26,710 nt of DNA from positions 1 to 26,710 of the IMG/VR virus record IMGVR_UViG_2974578326_000001; one strand, written 5' to 3'. Below the pieces are notes generated by a model. It was not told the origin of the DNA, did no database searches, and saw nothing but the letters and a program-made list of their open reading frames with translations. The translations under genes were made by a program, and so were the position numbers. Origin of the DNA: a virus (lineage: Duplodnaviria; Heunggongvirae; Uroviricota; Caudoviricetes). Each line of letters starts with the position of its first letter. Position 1 is the first letter of the stretch. Of the stretch, positions 25,891 to 26,710 are shown piece after piece.

Positions 25891-26145
25891 CTCTTTCTGG
25901 AGTTTTATTATAACCTTTTGTAGTTGAACTAACCGATAATAACTATCCATAAGTTTTAAATTATTAGATACTATACCACTAAGTATTTCATGATTTGTTT
26001 TTCCTGTCACAGTAGTAGGAGGATCAGGGTGTACTAACAGGTCTTTTGGAATTACTGGAAGTGTTCTCGTCTCTAATACTGGAGTTGTAGATTCGCAACC
26101 ACTCAGAATCAATAGACTCAGAGTTACTATTAGGGTTTTGAGCAT
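25876..26145 (-). CDS. Outer-membrane spanin (o-spanin, Rz1-like lipoprotein, 89 aa)
   Basis: Signal peptide with lipobox LSG-C17, Pro-rich segment, SD GAGGT upstream on the minus strand; overlaps the 3' end of the i-spanin in another frame. Confidence 0.88.
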   Translation of the reverse strand: MLKTLIVTLSLLILSGCESTTPVLETRTLPVIPKDLLVHPDPPTTVTGKTNHEILSGIVSNNLKLMDSYYRLVQLQKVIIKLQKEKRLQ

Positions 26146-26413
26146 ATTTAATTACCTCTTTAATTACTACTTCTTTTTCTTTTTCTTTTAATTTATATAA
26201 TTTAAGATAATCTTTGTGCATGTCTTCTATTAAACCCTGCACTCTTATATTATCATCTATAATATCTTTCAATACTTTATTTTCATTCTTAGAGTGTAAT
26301 AGCTCTGATTTATCATAACCCCTTAAGTACCCTATATTATAGGTAACAAAAAAGGATGTTACAACACCTGATAAGAGTAGTATTGAAATAAAAGCAAGTT
26401 TGAAGTTTATCAT
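26024..26413 (-). CDS. Inner-membrane spanin (i-spanin, Rz-like, 129 aa)
   Basis: N-terminal TM helix, coiled coil, EVVIKEVIKY and IDSEWLRIYN motifs typical of Rz; SD GAGGA; 122-nt overlap with the lipoprotein gene. Confidence 0.86.
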   Translation of the reverse strand: MINFKLAFISILLLSGVVTSFFVTYNIGYLRGYDKSELLHSKNENKVLKDIIDDNIRVQGLIEDMHKDYLKLYKLKEKEKEVVIKEVIKYAQNPNSNSESIDSEWLRIYNSSIRDENTSSNSKRPVSTP

Positions 26414-26709
26414 AAGAGTTCCTCATTGAATTGATCCTGAACCCAGTGTCTAAATCCTTGCTTGTCAGCCCATTCTTGGTGAGTCGCTTTAGTCCCATCT
26501 TTCCTTTTCTTTGCGAATGGAAAGACTGTACCGTTCTTTTCCCAAATAAAAACTAACTCGGAGTTTTCTGGTAAAAAATCTCTAATAAATAAATATTTTC
26601 TAGCCTCTGTACTATCTCTAAACCTTCCTTTTGTTTCAATAAAATAGGTGATTCCATCTTTTTCTATTACAAAATCTGGTTCATATGTATGCGGTACTTC
26701 ATAATAGAT
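26410..26709 (-). CDS. T7 endonuclease I-like Holliday junction resolvase, 3' part (99 aa visible; not in ORF track)
   Basis: Manual minus-strand translation: IYYEVPHTYEPDFVIEKDGITYFIETKGRFRDSTEARKYLFIRDFLPENSELVFIW...HQEWADKQGFRHW...ELL*, with PD...ExK catalytic motif as in T7 gp3; TGA overlaps the i-spanin ATG (ATGA). Truncated by the window edge. Confidence 0.9.
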   Translation of the reverse strand: MYYEVPHTYEPDFVIEKDGITYFIETKGRFRDSTEARKYLFIRDFLPENSELVFIWEKNGTVFPFAKKRKDGTKATHQEWADKQGFRHWVQDQFNEELL

Positions 26710-26710
26710 T

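Noticed and set aside
1-26710. CRISPR array, tRNA, intron/intein, integrase, stop-codon reassignment
   Set aside because: No regularly spaced DNA repeats with unique spacers, cloverleaf, or inserted domains in terminase or portal were seen; genes read through intact in the standard code and end in TAA, TAG or TGA.

Overview
This window is the virion morphogenesis (late) arm of an AT-rich lytic podophage of the phiEco32/SU10/7-11 (Kuravirus-related) type; the family call comes from recalled protein motifs and gene order, not a database search. Plus-strand order: large terminase, portal, small conserved protein, scaffold, major capsid protein with a -1 frameshift Ig-Ig extension, two small accessory genes, head-tail adaptor, 138-aa fibre stub, holin candidate, short tail fibre, nozzle, a tail needle ending in a lambda/T1 J-type tip, two J-associated small proteins, an 875-aa side fibre, and six core/ejection genes. 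These converge on a bidirectional terminator with a minus-strand endonuclease I / i-spanin / o-spanin cluster. The most unusual feature is an apparently siphovirus-derived adsorption module (J C-terminus + two accessory proteins + lambdoid-type side fibre) grafted onto a podovirus needle, while the usual long-fibre gene is reduced to a stub. Other notable points: a lysine-rich S74-like autocleavage domain on an ejection protein, cysteine-free spanins, and GTAA-N18-ACTA phage-sigma late promoters, one lying inside a palindrome. No tRNA, rRNA, CRISPR array, integrase, intron, intein or endolysin was recognised.
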